A stretch of 64,000 nucleotides of DNA from Candidatus Izemoplasma sp. (lineage in GTDB: Bacteria > Bacillota_I > Bacilli_A > Izemoplasmatales > Izemoplasmataceae), in assembly GCA_007132465.1 (NCBI GenBank), contig SLOP01000018.1:2017-66016 (forward strand), read 5' to 3'. Positions within the stretch are counted from its first letter, which is position 1. Every line of letters begins with the position of its first letter. The notes beneath the pieces were generated by a model. The model saw only the letters and a list, made by a program, of their open reading frames with translations, did not search any database and was not told the origin of the DNA. The translations under genes were made by a program, and so were the position numbers. Below, piece after piece: positions 18,989 through 29,342 of the stretch.

Positions 18989-20770
18989 GTGAGCTTCGAT
19001 CAAATCGCCATCATCGTGCTGTTGCTTACCATGTTGGGCCTGTTTGTGCACGGCAAATTCCGTTATGACTTGGTGGCGCTTGCGACCCTTTTAATCGCAA
19101 CCTTCATCGGGTTAGTTCCTTATGAAGAGGCTTTCATGGGCTTTGCCCACCCCGCTGTCATTACCGTGATTGCCGTGTTGATTTTAAGCCGTGCTTTGCT
19201 GAACGCCGGCATTGTTGATGTGGTGGCCGGTGTGTTTGCGAAAGTCGGCGATAACGTGACGGTGCAGTTGCTGGTGTTGCTCTTGATGGTAACGTTGGCG
19301 AGCGCCTTCATCAACAACGTCGGCGCCTTGGCCTTGTTGATGCCTGTGGCCGTCAAAATGGCACGGGAACACGATCGCCCACCCTCGTTATACTTGATGC
19401 CCTTGGCCTTCGGTTCTTTGCTTGGCGGCATGACCACATTGATTGGCACGCCACCCAATATCATCATTGCAACGTATCGCTCAGAAGCTCTTGGACAAGA
19501 GCCCTTCGGCATGTTCGCTTTCTTCCCGGTCGGCGCCATGCTGGCCGTGGTTGGCATGATCATCATGCTCTTGATTTCACGCTTTGTCTTGCCTGAGCGC
19601 AAAGGTAAACTCAGCCGTGAAGAGATGTTTGAGATCCACGATTACCTGACGCAGGTTCGCGTGACCGATAAGAGTAAAATCGAAGGCAAACGCGTGGCTG
19701 AAATTGAGCGCGCCACGCCTGGTGACATCGTCGTTGTGGGCCACATGCGTGATGGCCAACGGTTTACTAACGTTACCGGACTGCGCGCCCTCAAAGTCGA
19801 TGACCGCCTCATCGTCCGCGGCAGCGCTGGCGACGTGCAACAACTGCTTAAAAAAACCGGCCTTGAATTGTCAGAAAGCGATAAACTTCCGGACGAAACG
19901 TCGTCTGGCGAACCGGTTGACATCGTGGAAGTGGCTGTGACCGCCACCAGCGATCTGGTAAACCGAACAGCGAAAAACCTCAACCTGCGTTCTCGTTTCG
20001 GCGTGAACTTGCTGGGTGTCGCCCGAAGCGGCGGACGGATTCGCGCAACCCCGGGCGCCATTCGTTTCAAGCCTGGCGATGTGCTGTTAATGCAGGGGGA
20101 TGAAAACGCGCTTCAACATGTGATTCGTCAGTTCACGCTCTTGCCCTTACAGTCGCGCGCACTCCAACTCGGCAAACTGAGCAGTTTGGTGTTTCCCTTG
20201 TTTATCTTTTTCCTCGCCATCGTGCTCACCGTGTTGATTATTTTGCCCCCACAGATTGCCTTCATGGGCGCCGTGGTTGCCTTGGTCTTCAGCAAGCGCC
20301 TGTCACTAAAAGAAGCTTACGACGCCATAGATTGGCCGATTGTCGTGCTGCTTGGGGCGATGATCCCGGTGGCCTTTGCGCTGGAAACCACCGGCACAGC
20401 GGCGGTGTTTGCCGAGGGCATTGTCACCATCGCCATGGGCGACAGTGCCGCGTGGTTGGTGATTGGGCTGTTGCTTTTGATTACGATGTTGCTATCCAAC
20501 ATCGTGAACAATGCCACCGCAGCCTTATTAATGGCGCCGATTGCCGTGGGCATCGCCCAATCGCTGAGCCATACCATCGACCCCTATCTGATGGCTGTTG
20601 CCATCGGAGCATCCGCGGCCTTCCTCACCCCCATCGGACACCAGTCGAACACCCTTGTGATGACACCGGCAGGGTACCGTTTCTCTGATTACGCCAAGCT
20701 TGGGTTGCCGCTCTCCATCGTCGTGGTGATTGTGGCGGTGCCGATGATCCTTTGGGTATTCCCATTATAA
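18989..20770 (+). CDS. SLC13/DASS-type (ArsB/NhaD superfamily) permease with two central TrkA-C (RCK_C) domains
   Basis: Two polytopic halves flank a soluble insert with two TrkA-C-like repeats (VRVTDKSKIEGKRVAEI...RLIVRGSAGDV and VAVTATSDLVNRTAKNLNL...GDVLLMQGDENAL). GTG start with RBS AAGGAGGGG and TATAAT upstream. Confidence 0.8.
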   Translation: MSFDQIAIIVLLLTMLGLFVHGKFRYDLVALATLLIATFIGLVPYEEAFMGFAHPAVITVIAVLILSRALLNAGIVDVVAGVFAKVGDNVTVQLLVLLLMVTLASAFINNVGALALLMPVAVKMAREHDRPPSLYLMPLAFGSLLGGMTTLIGTPPNIIIATYRSEALGQEPFGMFAFFPVGAMLAVVGMIIMLLISRFVLPERKGKLSREEMFEIHDYLTQVRVTDKSKIEGKRVAEIERATPGDIVVVGHMRDGQRFTNVTGLRALKVDDRLIVRGSAGDVQQLLKKTGLELSESDKLPDETSSGEPVDIVEVAVTATSDLVNRTAKNLNLRSRFGVNLLGVARSGGRIRATPGAIRFKPGDVLLMQGDENALQHVIRQFTLLPLQSRALQLGKLSSLVFPLFIFFLAIVLTVLIILPPQIAFMGAVVALVFSKRLSLKEAYDAIDWPIVVLLGAMIPVAFALETTGTAAVFAEGIVTIAMGDSAAWLVIGLLLLITMLLSNIVNNATAALLMAPIAVGIAQSLSHTIDPYLMAVAIGASAAFLTPIGHQSNTLVMTPAGYRFSDYAKLGLPLSIVVVIVAVPMILWVFPL

Positions 20771-20774
20771 GTAA

Positions 20775-20798
20775 AGAGGTTCGCAAGCGCGAACCTCT
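20775..20798. terminator. Hairpin between convergent genes (terminator-like, weak U-tract)
   Basis: AGAGGTTCGC-AAGC-GCGAACCTCT, a perfect 10-bp stem with no strong T-run on either side. Confidence 0.5.
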
Positions 20799-20800
20799 GG

Positions 20801-22411
20801 TTATGTTGATTTCATCTGATAGATTAACGCGTCGCTGCGTCGGTTGATGTAGACGATGAGGGGCACCGACAACACCCCATTGGCAAGCGACAGAAGTGCC
20901 AGCGCCAAGGGTGCGCTCACGACCGTGGTCAGACCGACAAATCCCAGCGCATTCATAACCATTAACGCAAAACCACCAAAGACACCTAAAAAGGCACCCA
21001 CGCTTTGTTTGACAACCTCAACGTCGTTTTGAAAATTGAATTTTGGCATATAAAGGTTGATGATCGCATCAAGCGATGTTTTTAAGACGGCAAACGCCAT
21101 CACCAGCAACGTCATGAAAACCACATTTATCAAGGGAATACCAAATGACCAAGCGAACAGCCAGACACTGAGGATACTGATGGGGACCCCCAACAACAAG
21201 TTGAACACCATTTTCGCCTGCATGAGGGTCGCACCGCGAATGGGTAAACTGCGAACCACCCAAAAATACTTTCCTTCAAGCGATAAGCTGATGGCGGCGG
21301 AATACACCATCGAGAGGGTAAAACCGACCACCAACAACACCGTCGCTTCGAGCGCGCCGTCCATGCCAATGAGCCCTTCAAGCATCGAAACGACGCCCTC
21401 GCGGTAAAAGACCGCGGCAATGGCCATCACGGCCATCAAAATCGGACCGACACCAACATTGAGTGCGTAGATGGGGGTGCTGATGAACTTGCGATATTCT
21501 TTATGCACCAGCGCAACAAACGGTGAAGACACACGGCCGTGATAGCCGGATTTACGGCTTTTTTTAACGCCTGATCGCGCCAGACGATTAACGGCGGAAA
21601 CCAGCGGCGATGCACACCAAAGAAATAACCCGATGGGGACCACCGCGCCCATCACCACACCGAGCATCGGTACCACCGCGCCCTCGGCAACGGCCCGTGA
21701 AAACCACACAAAGAACGGATACACACGCTCCAGTGTCTCCATGAAGGCTTGTTGTGCCAGCAAGGGATTTTCCCCCATGTCACCAAACGAAAACGACGCC
21801 AAGAAGAAACCGATGAGCACGCCAAACATCACGAGGATGTTAAGCACGTGAGCGCTGCGATAGCGCACCAAAAGACGTGCTAAACCAAGCGCTATAAAGG
21901 CGCCGACAAGCGCCGGTAACACCGGCAAAGCAAGCACGCCAACGAGAACAAAAAGCAACCCAACCATCGACACCCCGGCATGGTAAAAATAGGCGAACGC
22001 CACCGGCAGTGCCAAGAGCACGCTCATCACCATCACCAGCATCATGAAGATGGTTAATTTCGCCGCCACAATCGTCCGTGTAGTCACCGGCAAGGCAGCT
22101 AAAAAGTCGTAATCCTTATAATGAAACACCATGCCATTTGCACGAAGCAACGCCATCACCAAGGCAATGACGACAATATAGACACCAAGAAACACCATGA
22201 CCAATGAACCTTGGCCCATCGCCTCAAGCGCACGCGACAGATCAAAAAACATCCATCCAATCGTGCCAAAGAGCGCCACGATAGCGTAGATAAGCGCCAG
22301 GCCAATCACCATCGCCTTCACTTTCGCGTGTTTGGCATCAAAACCCAGCAATCGCTTCAACGAAAACGTGTCTCGAACAAAAACCCTGACTAAATTACGA
22401 TAGGCGTTCAT
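20801..22411 (-). CDS. Polytopic ABC-exporter permease (putative)
   Basis: About 12 predicted TM segments. Its start codon overlaps the 3' end of the upstream ABC ATPase gene by 17 nt. Start trimmed to MNAYRNLVRVF (22411). Confidence 0.6.
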   Translation of the reverse strand: MNAYRNLVRVFVRDTFSLKRLLGFDAKHAKVKAMVIGLALIYAIVALFGTIGWMFFDLSRALEAMGQGSLVMVFLGVYIVVIALVMALLRANGMVFHYKDYDFLAALPVTTRTIVAAKLTIFMMLVMVMSVLLALPVAFAYFYHAGVSMVGLLFVLVGVLALPVLPALVGAFIALGLARLLVRYRSAHVLNILVMFGVLIGFFLASFSFGDMGENPLLAQQAFMETLERVYPFFVWFSRAVAEGAVVPMLGVVMGAVVPIGLFLWCASPLVSAVNRLARSGVKKSRKSGYHGRVSSPFVALVHKEYRKFISTPIYALNVGVGPILMAVMAIAAVFYREGVVSMLEGLIGMDGALEATVLLVVGFTLSMVYSAAISLSLEGKYFWVVRSLPIRGATLMQAKMVFNLLLGVPISILSVWLFAWSFGIPLINVVFMTLLVMAFAVLKTSLDAIINLYMPKFNFQNDVEVVKQSVGAFLGVFGGFALMVMNALGFVGLTTVVSAPLALALLSLANGVLSVPLIVYINRRSDALIYQMKST

Positions 22412-23123
22412 GATTATCCAACAACTCCATAAAGACGCCTTCAAGTGACGTGTCTTTGATGACTTCCTTGGTCGTGCCGGCGGCCACGATTTGACCGTGT
22501 TTAATGATGGCAATACGGTTGCAAAGCTTCTCGGCCACATCGAGCACATGCGTCGAGAAGAAAATGGCCGTGCCACGGGCTCTAAGTTTATCGAACACCT
22601 GTTTTAACAAAAAACTCGCTTTCGGATCAAGGCCGACAAACGGTTCATCGAGCATCAGTAACTTCGGTTCACGGATGAGCGCGCCAGTGATGACAAGCTT
22701 TTGCTTCATGCCGCGTGAGTACGACGCAATGGTATCGTGGAGCACGTCGGAAATCTCAAACATTGTCGCGTACTCACCAATGCGCTGACGGCGCGCGTCG
22801 GGATCGATGCCATATATGTTGGCAATGAAGTCCACATACTGGTTTCCCGTCATCGATTCATAGACGTTGGGGTTATCGGGAATGTAGGCAATGTCATGTT
22901 TCACCCGCAAGGGTTCATCAACCACAGAGCGTCCGTCGACGAGAATTTCTCCTTTGTCAAACGCCAGCACCCCGGCAATCGACTTAAGCAACGTCGTCTT
23001 GCCGGCGCCGTTGTGCCCAATAAAGCCGTAGAGATCACCGGCCTTGACCGATAATGAGACATCAATCAAGGCCTTTTTTACGTTATCATAGGTCTTATAG
23101 ACACGAGTTATTTCCAGCATCAT
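22395..23123 (-). CDS. ABC transporter ATP-binding protein
   Basis: Walker A GHNGAGKTT, signature YSRGMKQK, Walker B LLMLDEPF. RBS GGAGGA before ATG 23123. Confidence 0.9.
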   Translation of the reverse strand: MMLEITRVYKTYDNVKKALIDVSLSVKAGDLYGFIGHNGAGKTTLLKSIAGVLAFDKGEILVDGRSVVDEPLRVKHDIAYIPDNPNVYESMTGNQYVDFIANIYGIDPDARRQRIGEYATMFEISDVLHDTIASYSRGMKQKLVITGALIREPKLLMLDEPFVGLDPKASFLLKQVFDKLRARGTAIFFSTHVLDVAEKLCNRIAIIKHGQIVAAGTTKEVIKDTSLEGVFMELLDNHERLS

Positions 23124-23148
23124 GTCCTCCAATACACGGCATACCATT

Positions 23149-23177
23149 ATAATAGGTAATCGACGCGCCTAAGTCAA
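23149..23177 (-). promoter_or_regulatory. Sigma-A-type promoter for the ABC exporter operon
   Basis: Minus-strand TTGACT (23177-23172), 17-nt spacer, TATTAT (23154-23149). Confidence 0.6.
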
Positions 23178-23180
23178 TCA

Positions 23181-23214
23181 AAACAAAAAGAAAACCGACT
23201 CAGATGAGCCGGTC
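23181..23214 (-). terminator. Rho-independent terminator after the lipoprotein gene
   Basis: Minus-strand RNA ACCGGCUCA..UGAGUCGGU (one G-U pair) followed by UUUCUUUUUGUUU. Confidence 0.7.
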
Positions 23215-23228
23215 TTCAGGGGGAGGGA

Positions 23229-24032
23229 TTATGCGGTGGTGTCGTTGGTGCTTTCAGGCTCTTCGGTTGCATCAGGGTCTTCGGTGACTTCAGGCTCTTC
23301 GGTGACTTCAGGCTCTTCGGTGTCATCAGGGTCATCGGTATCACCGGGGTCCGTATCATCAGTGCGCCCGCGTTCATCCATGCGACGGCGGACGTGATCA
23401 GGAATCCGTTCACCGCGGTGTTGACGATGGTTCGGCATATCGTGTGCTTCATGGATGATGCCCATCAATTCAGGAATGCTCATCTCAAGCGCTTCCTCGA
23501 GCGTGATTTCGCCATCGGCAGCGGCCACATAAGCAATGCGTAGATGGCCAGGGCTGACGCCGAGGTCTTCGGCTTCAGCGATGAATGCTTCCATGGACAT
23601 GTCAAGGTCTTGGACGATACCGCCGATGCTGCGGCCAATCATCTTGTGTTCGACACGATCGCGAACGCGATCGCGAAGGCCTTCTTCGACGTCGGCGTTT
23701 TCGTTGACGACGGTCACGTAAACCACATTATCTTCACGTGTCGCGTCAAGGTAGCCTTCATCGATGGCAGCGTCGATCCATGCCTCAACGGCATCTTCAA
23801 TGTCCATGTCGATGAAATCGATGTCAAGCGTGGCATAAAGCACTTCAGCATCCTCGTTCAAAAGCGAGTAACTGACAACCTTATCCACAGGGTTAAGGAT
23901 AAACTCAATGCTTGGATTGATTTCCATCAACACATAACTGTCAGCCTCTTCAGCCGTGTCTTGATCAAAAGAACATGCTGCGAGTCCGACAAGCACAAAT
24001 GATGCTAGAAAGAGTAAGAATAGTTTTTTCAT
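23229..24032 (-). CDS. Acidic lipoprotein with a repetitive Glu/Pro/Thr-rich C-terminal tail
   Basis: MKKLFLLFLASFVLVGLAAC signal peptide and lipobox. The tail reads DDTEEPEVTEEPEVTEDPDATEEPEST. Start trimmed to 24032. Confidence 0.6.
   Translation of the reverse strand: MKKLFLLFLASFVLVGLAACSFDQDTAEEADSYVLMEINPSIEFILNPVDKVVSYSLLNEDAEVLYATLDIDFIDMDIEDAVEAWIDAAIDEGYLDATREDNVVYVTVVNENADVEEGLRDRVRDRVEHKMIGRSIGGIVQDLDMSMEAFIAEAEDLGVSPGHLRIAYVAAADGEITLEEALEMSIPELMGIIHEAHDMPNHRQHRGERIPDHVRRRMDERGRTDDTDPGDTDDPDDTEEPEVTEEPEVTEDPDATEEPESTNDTTA
23263..23352 (-). repeat. Five degenerate copies of an 18-nt in-frame tandem repeat
   Basis: The unit TTCAGGCTCTTCGGTGAC (plus-strand reading) recurs at 23263, 23281, 23299, 23317 and 23335. 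It encodes the (E/D)EPE(V/A)T tail of the lipoprotein. Confidence 0.8.
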
Positions 24033-24157
24033 TTTTGGTGCCTCCTTTTTGTTTTCACCTAGTAAACACACCGCAGCCTGTTTTTGTTGGAATCATTGCA
24101 AAAAAAATCAAAAAACATTTATTCATCCGCGTGCTATAATGGGGAAGAGGTGATTTT

Positions 24158-25093
24158 ATGCCACGCAGTAGAGGACAACGACTGAAACGATTGCGCGAAA
24201 GCAACGGATGGACGCTCGCCCACGTGGCGTCTAAAATCCACGTTGACAAAACCGCCCTCAGCAAGTACGAAAACGACAAACGCACGGTTCCCGAGCCCAC
24301 CTTAAAAGCGCTTGCCTCACTCTACGATATCGAGCTATCAACTTTGCTTGACCTCGGTACCACTCAAAAAACCGCCGTCGAGTACCGCCTCAAGACACCG
24401 CTCGTTTTAGGTCACACCCGTCAAACGGCCGTCTTGATTGCCGTCGCCCTTGGATCGGCCGCTTTTTTCATGTGGACCACCGTTGACTTTGCGTTGCTGG
24501 TTAGCGTGTTTTTTATCACCGCCATCATCATCCGTGCCTTGTGGACGACCGCGTTTGGCCGCGTGCGTCCTGAGCACGTCATCAAAGTTCACGAAGGTGA
24601 GACGCTTTACCTTGAACATCCCTCAAGCGTCGACACCATCCGTCGCAGGCGAAGCCAAGAACTACTGCTGCTGCCGTGGTTGCTTTTTGCGCTTGCCTTG
24701 CTTTTTATCATGATTACCCCGGCCCTTGAAAACGCGCTCGATCAGACATTGTGGGGCCTTGCGTTTTTTGCGCACCTCCTGTGGCTCGGCGTGCAAACGG
24801 TGCGCGTCATTACCAAACGCACCGAACGACAATCACTTATTTACGACCGCACGGACCGTTTCCTGGGCACCCTTCCCATCCGCCTTTACCATCTCCTTGC
24901 CACCCCGACAGCGCTTGCGATCATGGCGGGTTACCCGCTCATATCCGAGATGCTAAACACCACGGCCCGTGTTGCGTTCAACGTGCTCATTATTGCGTAT
25001 GCTTTGGTTTCACAAGCATACGTCTTCGATAAAATTCACTTTGCGAAAGGCTATCGACTCGCCAAAGGCGTTGACAAAACGTCCACAAGTTGA
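24158..25093 (+). CDS. Membrane-anchored XRE-family helix-turn-helix regulator
   Basis: N-terminal HTH (GQRLKRLRESNGWTLAHVASKIHVDKTALSKYENDKR) followed by about six hydrophobic segments. TGCTATAAT lies upstream. Confidence 0.7.
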   Translation: MPRSRGQRLKRLRESNGWTLAHVASKIHVDKTALSKYENDKRTVPEPTLKALASLYDIELSTLLDLGTTQKTAVEYRLKTPLVLGHTRQTAVLIAVALGSAAFFMWTTVDFALLVSVFFITAIIIRALWTTAFGRVRPEHVIKVHEGETLYLEHPSSVDTIRRRRSQELLLLPWLLFALALLFIMITPALENALDQTLWGLAFFAHLLWLGVQTVRVITKRTERQSLIYDRTDRFLGTLPIRLYHLLATPTALAIMAGYPLISEMLNTTARVAFNVLIIAYALVSQAYVFDKIHFAKGYRLAKGVDKTSTS

Positions 25094-25159
25094 CAAAGGC
25101 GTCCGGCGCCTTTTTTTTAGGCGTCCATGACGGTATAAGGGAGGCGAGGATGTGATTAC

Positions 25160-25789
25160 ATGGATCGTTCGTCTTTCGCTTCCGTGGGGTTGGCGTTGCT
25201 TTATGCCACGCTGTGTGTCGCTTATGCGCTGATCGAATCGTGGTTGCCATGGCGCGTGTTGGCTGGTGTGCTTGCCACGTTGTGCGCCTTAGCGGCGTTG
25301 GTTCTCGGCGTTCGTGTCGCCGTTAGGACGCGTCGTTATCGCCGCACGCAGTTTTATGCCATGTTCAAGCTTCCCTTCGGTGTCGTGGTTCGCGATGAGC
25401 CATTGCGCACAGTGTTTGACGCGTACTCGACCATTTTATCGCTACGCCCTTCAATGGAACCCTACGTTGCCTTTGTGCTTGAGGGCGAACGAGCCCCCAT
25501 CGATTGCGTTGTTGTGAGCGCCTCTGGCATCCATGCTTTCCGTTTGACTGACACGGTTGATGTGTCGGTGTTCACACGCCTGTGTGACACCTTGTCGGTA
25601 CGTTTGCTGCGCCCCGTGAAAGCAGTCAATCTCTGTGGTGTCGTACCGATTCAGCCAACCTTAAAGCGGCATCTGACCGCGCGAACCCCAAAAAGCGCTC
25701 ACGATGAGATCACGACGCTGATCAAGCATCTGGATCGGCTCGGTGATGAACGGATTGAAACGCTTGACAGCAGGCGGCGAATTGCATAA
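25160..25789 (+). CDS. Two-TM membrane protein with a possible NERD-like C-terminal domain
   Basis: Two N-terminal TM helices, then a soluble region with IDCVVVSASGIHAF, reminiscent of NERD nuclease-related domains. Resemblance is weak. Confidence 0.35.
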   Translation: MDRSSFASVGLALLYATLCVAYALIESWLPWRVLAGVLATLCALAALVLGVRVAVRTRRYRRTQFYAMFKLPFGVVVRDEPLRTVFDAYSTILSLRPSMEPYVAFVLEGERAPIDCVVVSASGIHAFRLTDTVDVSVFTRLCDTLSVRLLRPVKAVNLCGVVPIQPTLKRHLTARTPKSAHDEITTLIKHLDRLGDERIETLDSRRRIA

Positions 25790-25815
25790 AATCATACATG
25801 GAACGGAGGAATACC

Positions 25816-27696
25816 ATGGCGAAACGCAAATATTTTAAAACCGAATCGAAAAAACTGCTCGATTTAATGGTCAACTCAATTTACACGCACAAAGACATCT
25901 TCTTACGCGAACTCATCTCCAACGCTAGCGATGCCATCGATCGCCGGCATTATCGCTCGCTCACCGAGGATGAGGTCGACGCGGCGGAGGCATACGAAAT
26001 CGTCATTCATCGCGACGAAGACAACCGACGTTTAACCATCGCCGACAATGGCATCGGTCTCACCGAAGAAGAACTGATCAACAACCTCGGCACCATCGCT
26101 GAAAGCGGCTCCAAAGCGTTTTTGGAAAAACTCGAACAGCAAAAAGATGTCGAGCTCATCGGTCAATTTGGCGTCGGCTTCTACAGCGCGTTTATGGTGG
26201 CAGAGAAGGTCGATATCCTGACCCGCTCACCGTTTGCCGACACCGGCTACCGCTGGTCGTCAACCGGCGAAGCGACCTACACTATCGAACCCGTTGAAAA
26301 AGCGGATATCGGCACCCATGTCGTCTTGCATCTACGGCCCGACGACGAGGAAAACGACGAAACCTACAGCGACTACGTGAAAGAACACACAATCCGTCGA
26401 CTGGTGAAAAAATACAGTGACTACGTACGCTATCCAATCAAGACCGACGTCACGAAAAAAGAAGATGACGAGGAAACCACCGTCACTGAAACCTTAAACA
26501 CCATGATTCCCATTTGGAAAAAGGCTAAAACCGACGTCAAGGATGAGGACTTCAACGATTTTTACAAGCGACAGTACCACGATTTTGACGATCCTTTGCA
26601 CACCATTCACACGACCGTTGAAGGCATGTTAACGTACACAGCCCTCGTGTTTATTCCGAAAAACCCTCCGCAAGACTTCTACACCGATCAGTTTGAAAAG
26701 GGCCTTCAACTTTACTCTAAAGGTGTCTTCATCATGGACAAAAACAAGGACCTTCTGCCCGAGCACTTCCGATTTGTCAAAGGCCTTGTTGATTCGGCGG
26801 ACCTCTCGCTCAACCTCTCACGGGAGATGCTGCAACACGATCGCCAACTTAAGAAAATCGCCACGCACTTGGAGAAGAAAATCAAAAACGAGCTTGAAAA
26901 AATGCTCGAAAACGATCGCGATAAATACCTCGAGTTTTACCGAGCCTTCGGCAAAAACATCAAATACGGCATCTACGATAACTTTGGCGCCAAAAAAGAT
27001 TTACTCCAAGACCTCGTGATGTTCACAACCGACCAAAGCGATGCCTACATTACCTTGGGCGAGTACCTCGAACGCAAAAAAGACGACCAAAAAGCCATCT
27101 ACTACGCCACCGGCTCAAGCCGAGCGCACATACTAAGCCAACCGCAACTTGACGCCGTAAAAGAAAAAGGGTACGAAGTGCTGATGTTCACCGATGACAT
27201 CGATGAGTTTATGGTACACATCTTGCAGTCATACCAAGACGTCCCGTTTAAATCGCTTAAACAAAGCGAATCGGACTTTTTGGATGAGGAGAAAAAAGAT
27301 GCGCTCAAAACCAAGGAAAACGATTATAAAAAACTTCTGAAAGCGATTAAAAAAGCCCTCAAAAACCACGTTAAAGACGTTAAACTGTCCGGGCGACTTA
27401 AGGACGCGCCCGTTTGCTTAGTCAGCGGTGAAGGCATGAGTTTAGAAATGGAAAAAGTGCTAAAAACCTTGCCCAACCAGCACGGACTTAAAGCCGAACG
27501 TATTCTTGAGATCAACCCCGATCACGACCTTTTTGCGGCGCTCAGTCGCATGCATGAAACACGACCTGAGAAAGTTGACGACTACGCCAATCTCTTATAC
27601 CAACAGGCGTTGTTGATCGAAGGTTACGAGATTGACGACCCCGTCGACTTTTCCAACCGGATGGTAAAATTGATGGTTGAGGCCAGCGACAAATAA
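25816..27696 (+). CDS. htpG: Molecular chaperone HtpG (Hsp90)
   Basis: N-terminus MAKRKYFKTESKKLLDLMVNSIYTHKDIFLRELISNASDAIDR matches the B. subtilis HtpG N-terminus. GHKL ATPase motifs are present (IGQFGVGFYSAF). Confidence 0.95.
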   Translation: MAKRKYFKTESKKLLDLMVNSIYTHKDIFLRELISNASDAIDRRHYRSLTEDEVDAAEAYEIVIHRDEDNRRLTIADNGIGLTEEELINNLGTIAESGSKAFLEKLEQQKDVELIGQFGVGFYSAFMVAEKVDILTRSPFADTGYRWSSTGEATYTIEPVEKADIGTHVVLHLRPDDEENDETYSDYVKEHTIRRLVKKYSDYVRYPIKTDVTKKEDDEETTVTETLNTMIPIWKKAKTDVKDEDFNDFYKRQYHDFDDPLHTIHTTVEGMLTYTALVFIPKNPPQDFYTDQFEKGLQLYSKGVFIMDKNKDLLPEHFRFVKGLVDSADLSLNLSREMLQHDRQLKKIATHLEKKIKNELEKMLENDRDKYLEFYRAFGKNIKYGIYDNFGAKKDLLQDLVMFTTDQSDAYITLGEYLERKKDDQKAIYYATGSSRAHILSQPQLDAVKEKGYEVLMFTDDIDEFMVHILQSYQDVPFKSLKQSESDFLDEEKKDALKTKENDYKKLLKAIKKALKNHVKDVKLSGRLKDAPVCLVSGEGMSLEMEKVLKTLPNQHGLKAERILEINPDHDLFAALSRMHETRPEKVDDYANLLYQQALLIEGYEIDDPVDFSNRMVKLMVEASDK

Positions 27697-27705
27697 ACTA
27701 AACGG

Positions 27706-27736
27706 CAAGCGCCATGCGTTTTAGGCGCTTGTTTTC
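27706..27736 (+). terminator. Rho-independent terminator after htpG
   Basis: CAAGCGCC-(10-nt loop)-GGCGCTTG followed by TTTTC. Confidence 0.7.
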
Positions 27737-27763
27737 ATGCTATACTAACCGTGAGGTGAAACC

Positions 27764-29293
27764 ATGAAAACCGCATACATCAACGCACGCATTCCGTTCA
27801 CAAAACACAACGCCTTCATCGTTGAAGACGGGCGTTTTACGTACGTCGGCCGCAAAGCGGTGGCCTTGAAACGCTCCATTGACAGCATCATCGATTTAGC
27901 CGATTACACCGTGTTACCGGGATTTAACGACTCGCATTTGCATGTGCTTGGCATCGGCAAATCCATGGCGATGCTCGACCTTTCTAAGGCGGAATCGATT
28001 GACGCCTTAAAAACCCACTTACGCGAAGCCAACAGCGACCCCATCGTCGGTCGAGGTTATCACGAAAGCCAGTTCGCTGAGAAACGAAGCCCGGAAAAAG
28101 CCGATTTAAACGACGTCACCACCGATGTGCCGATTGCGCTTTATCGTGTGTGTGGACACATGGCCATTGCCAATGACGCCGCCATCAAGCGAGCGCAACA
28201 CTTATCCACGCCACCCCGAGAAGGTGTCGATGTTGAGCGGGGCATCTTCAAAGAAGACGGTGTGCATTGGTTAATGCGTGGCGTGTTGCGTGCCGATGAA
28301 AGCACCATTGAAACACAAATCCTCGCCGCTCAAGATTATTTGTTGTCACAGGGTGTCACCGCTGTGGGTAGCGATGATTTTGCGATGTACCCCATACCCT
28401 TTGAAACCATTCTCAACGTCTTCGTGCGTCTCGCTTCCACCGATAAATTGAAACTTCGCGTGCTCGAACAAGCGAACCTACCCGCCGTTGACACGCTGAA
28501 GCGTTTCATCGACAAAGGCCACGTTAACCGCCAGCATAAACGCTATCGTTTGGGACCGCTTAAGCTGCTTGCGGACGGTTCCCTCGGTGCCCGAAGCGCC
28601 TTTATGCGCGAACCCTACGCCGACAAAGCCACCCGCGGCATTCGCGTGTTTGACCAGGCAACCTTAAACACCTTAATCGAGATGGCCAACCACGCCGGCA
28701 TGGACGTCGCGATTCACGCCATCGGCGACGCGTGCGTCGACGCCGTGCTTGACGCCATCGAACGGATTCCTGAAAGCGAGCGTCAATCGCGACGCCATTC
28801 AATCATCCATGCGCAGCTCGCCAACGAAGAGCACATTGATCGCATGGCGCGTTTACACGTTGGTGCGCAAACCCAACCGATTTTCATCAACTCCGACATT
28901 GTCGTCATCGACCAAGCCCTAGGCGATCGTGCGCCGCACACGTATTTGTTTAAATCCATGGCCGACGCCGGGGTGCGAACCAGCATCTCCACCGACGCCC
29001 CCGTTGAAGGGGCCAACCCGTTCAAAAACCTCTATGTCGCCACCACCCGTCGTTCCATCAAACATCCTACCGCACCCCCGTTTAACCCAACCGAGGCGTT
29101 TCATCTCAAAGACGCCATTGAGGCCTACACCAGCGTGCCGGCCGCCTTCAGCTATCAAGAAAGCGAACTCGGACAAATCAAAAAAGGCTATATGGCCGAT
29201 TTCGTTGTCGTCGAGGGCTTTGAGGATTTATTGCACGCCAAGGTGCTAAGCACCTACATCGAAGGAGAACGCGTATACCACGAGCCACGCTAA
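27764..29293 (+). CDS. Amidohydrolase-family (YtcJ-like) metal-dependent hydrolase
   Basis: HxH metal motif (NDSHLHVLG), later AIHAIGD and SIIHAQL His ligands, and STDAPVE near the C-terminus. Confidence 0.8.
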   Translation: MKTAYINARIPFTKHNAFIVEDGRFTYVGRKAVALKRSIDSIIDLADYTVLPGFNDSHLHVLGIGKSMAMLDLSKAESIDALKTHLREANSDPIVGRGYHESQFAEKRSPEKADLNDVTTDVPIALYRVCGHMAIANDAAIKRAQHLSTPPREGVDVERGIFKEDGVHWLMRGVLRADESTIETQILAAQDYLLSQGVTAVGSDDFAMYPIPFETILNVFVRLASTDKLKLRVLEQANLPAVDTLKRFIDKGHVNRQHKRYRLGPLKLLADGSLGARSAFMREPYADKATRGIRVFDQATLNTLIEMANHAGMDVAIHAIGDACVDAVLDAIERIPESERQSRRHSIIHAQLANEEHIDRMARLHVGAQTQPIFINSDIVVIDQALGDRAPHTYLFKSMADAGVRTSISTDAPVEGANPFKNLYVATTRRSIKHPTAPPFNPTEAFHLKDAIEAYTSVPAAFSYQESELGQIKKGYMADFVVVEGFEDLLHAKVLSTYIEGERVYHEPR

Positions 29294-29308
29294 TGCCAAT
29301 CGAACAAA

Positions 29309-29334
29309 GAAAAACGCGCCGGCGGCGCGTTTTT
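29309..29334. terminator. Bidirectional terminator between convergent genes
   Basis: AAAAACGCGCC-GGC-GGCGCGTTTTTT. Confidence 0.85.
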
Positions 29335-29342
29335 TAACGTGG

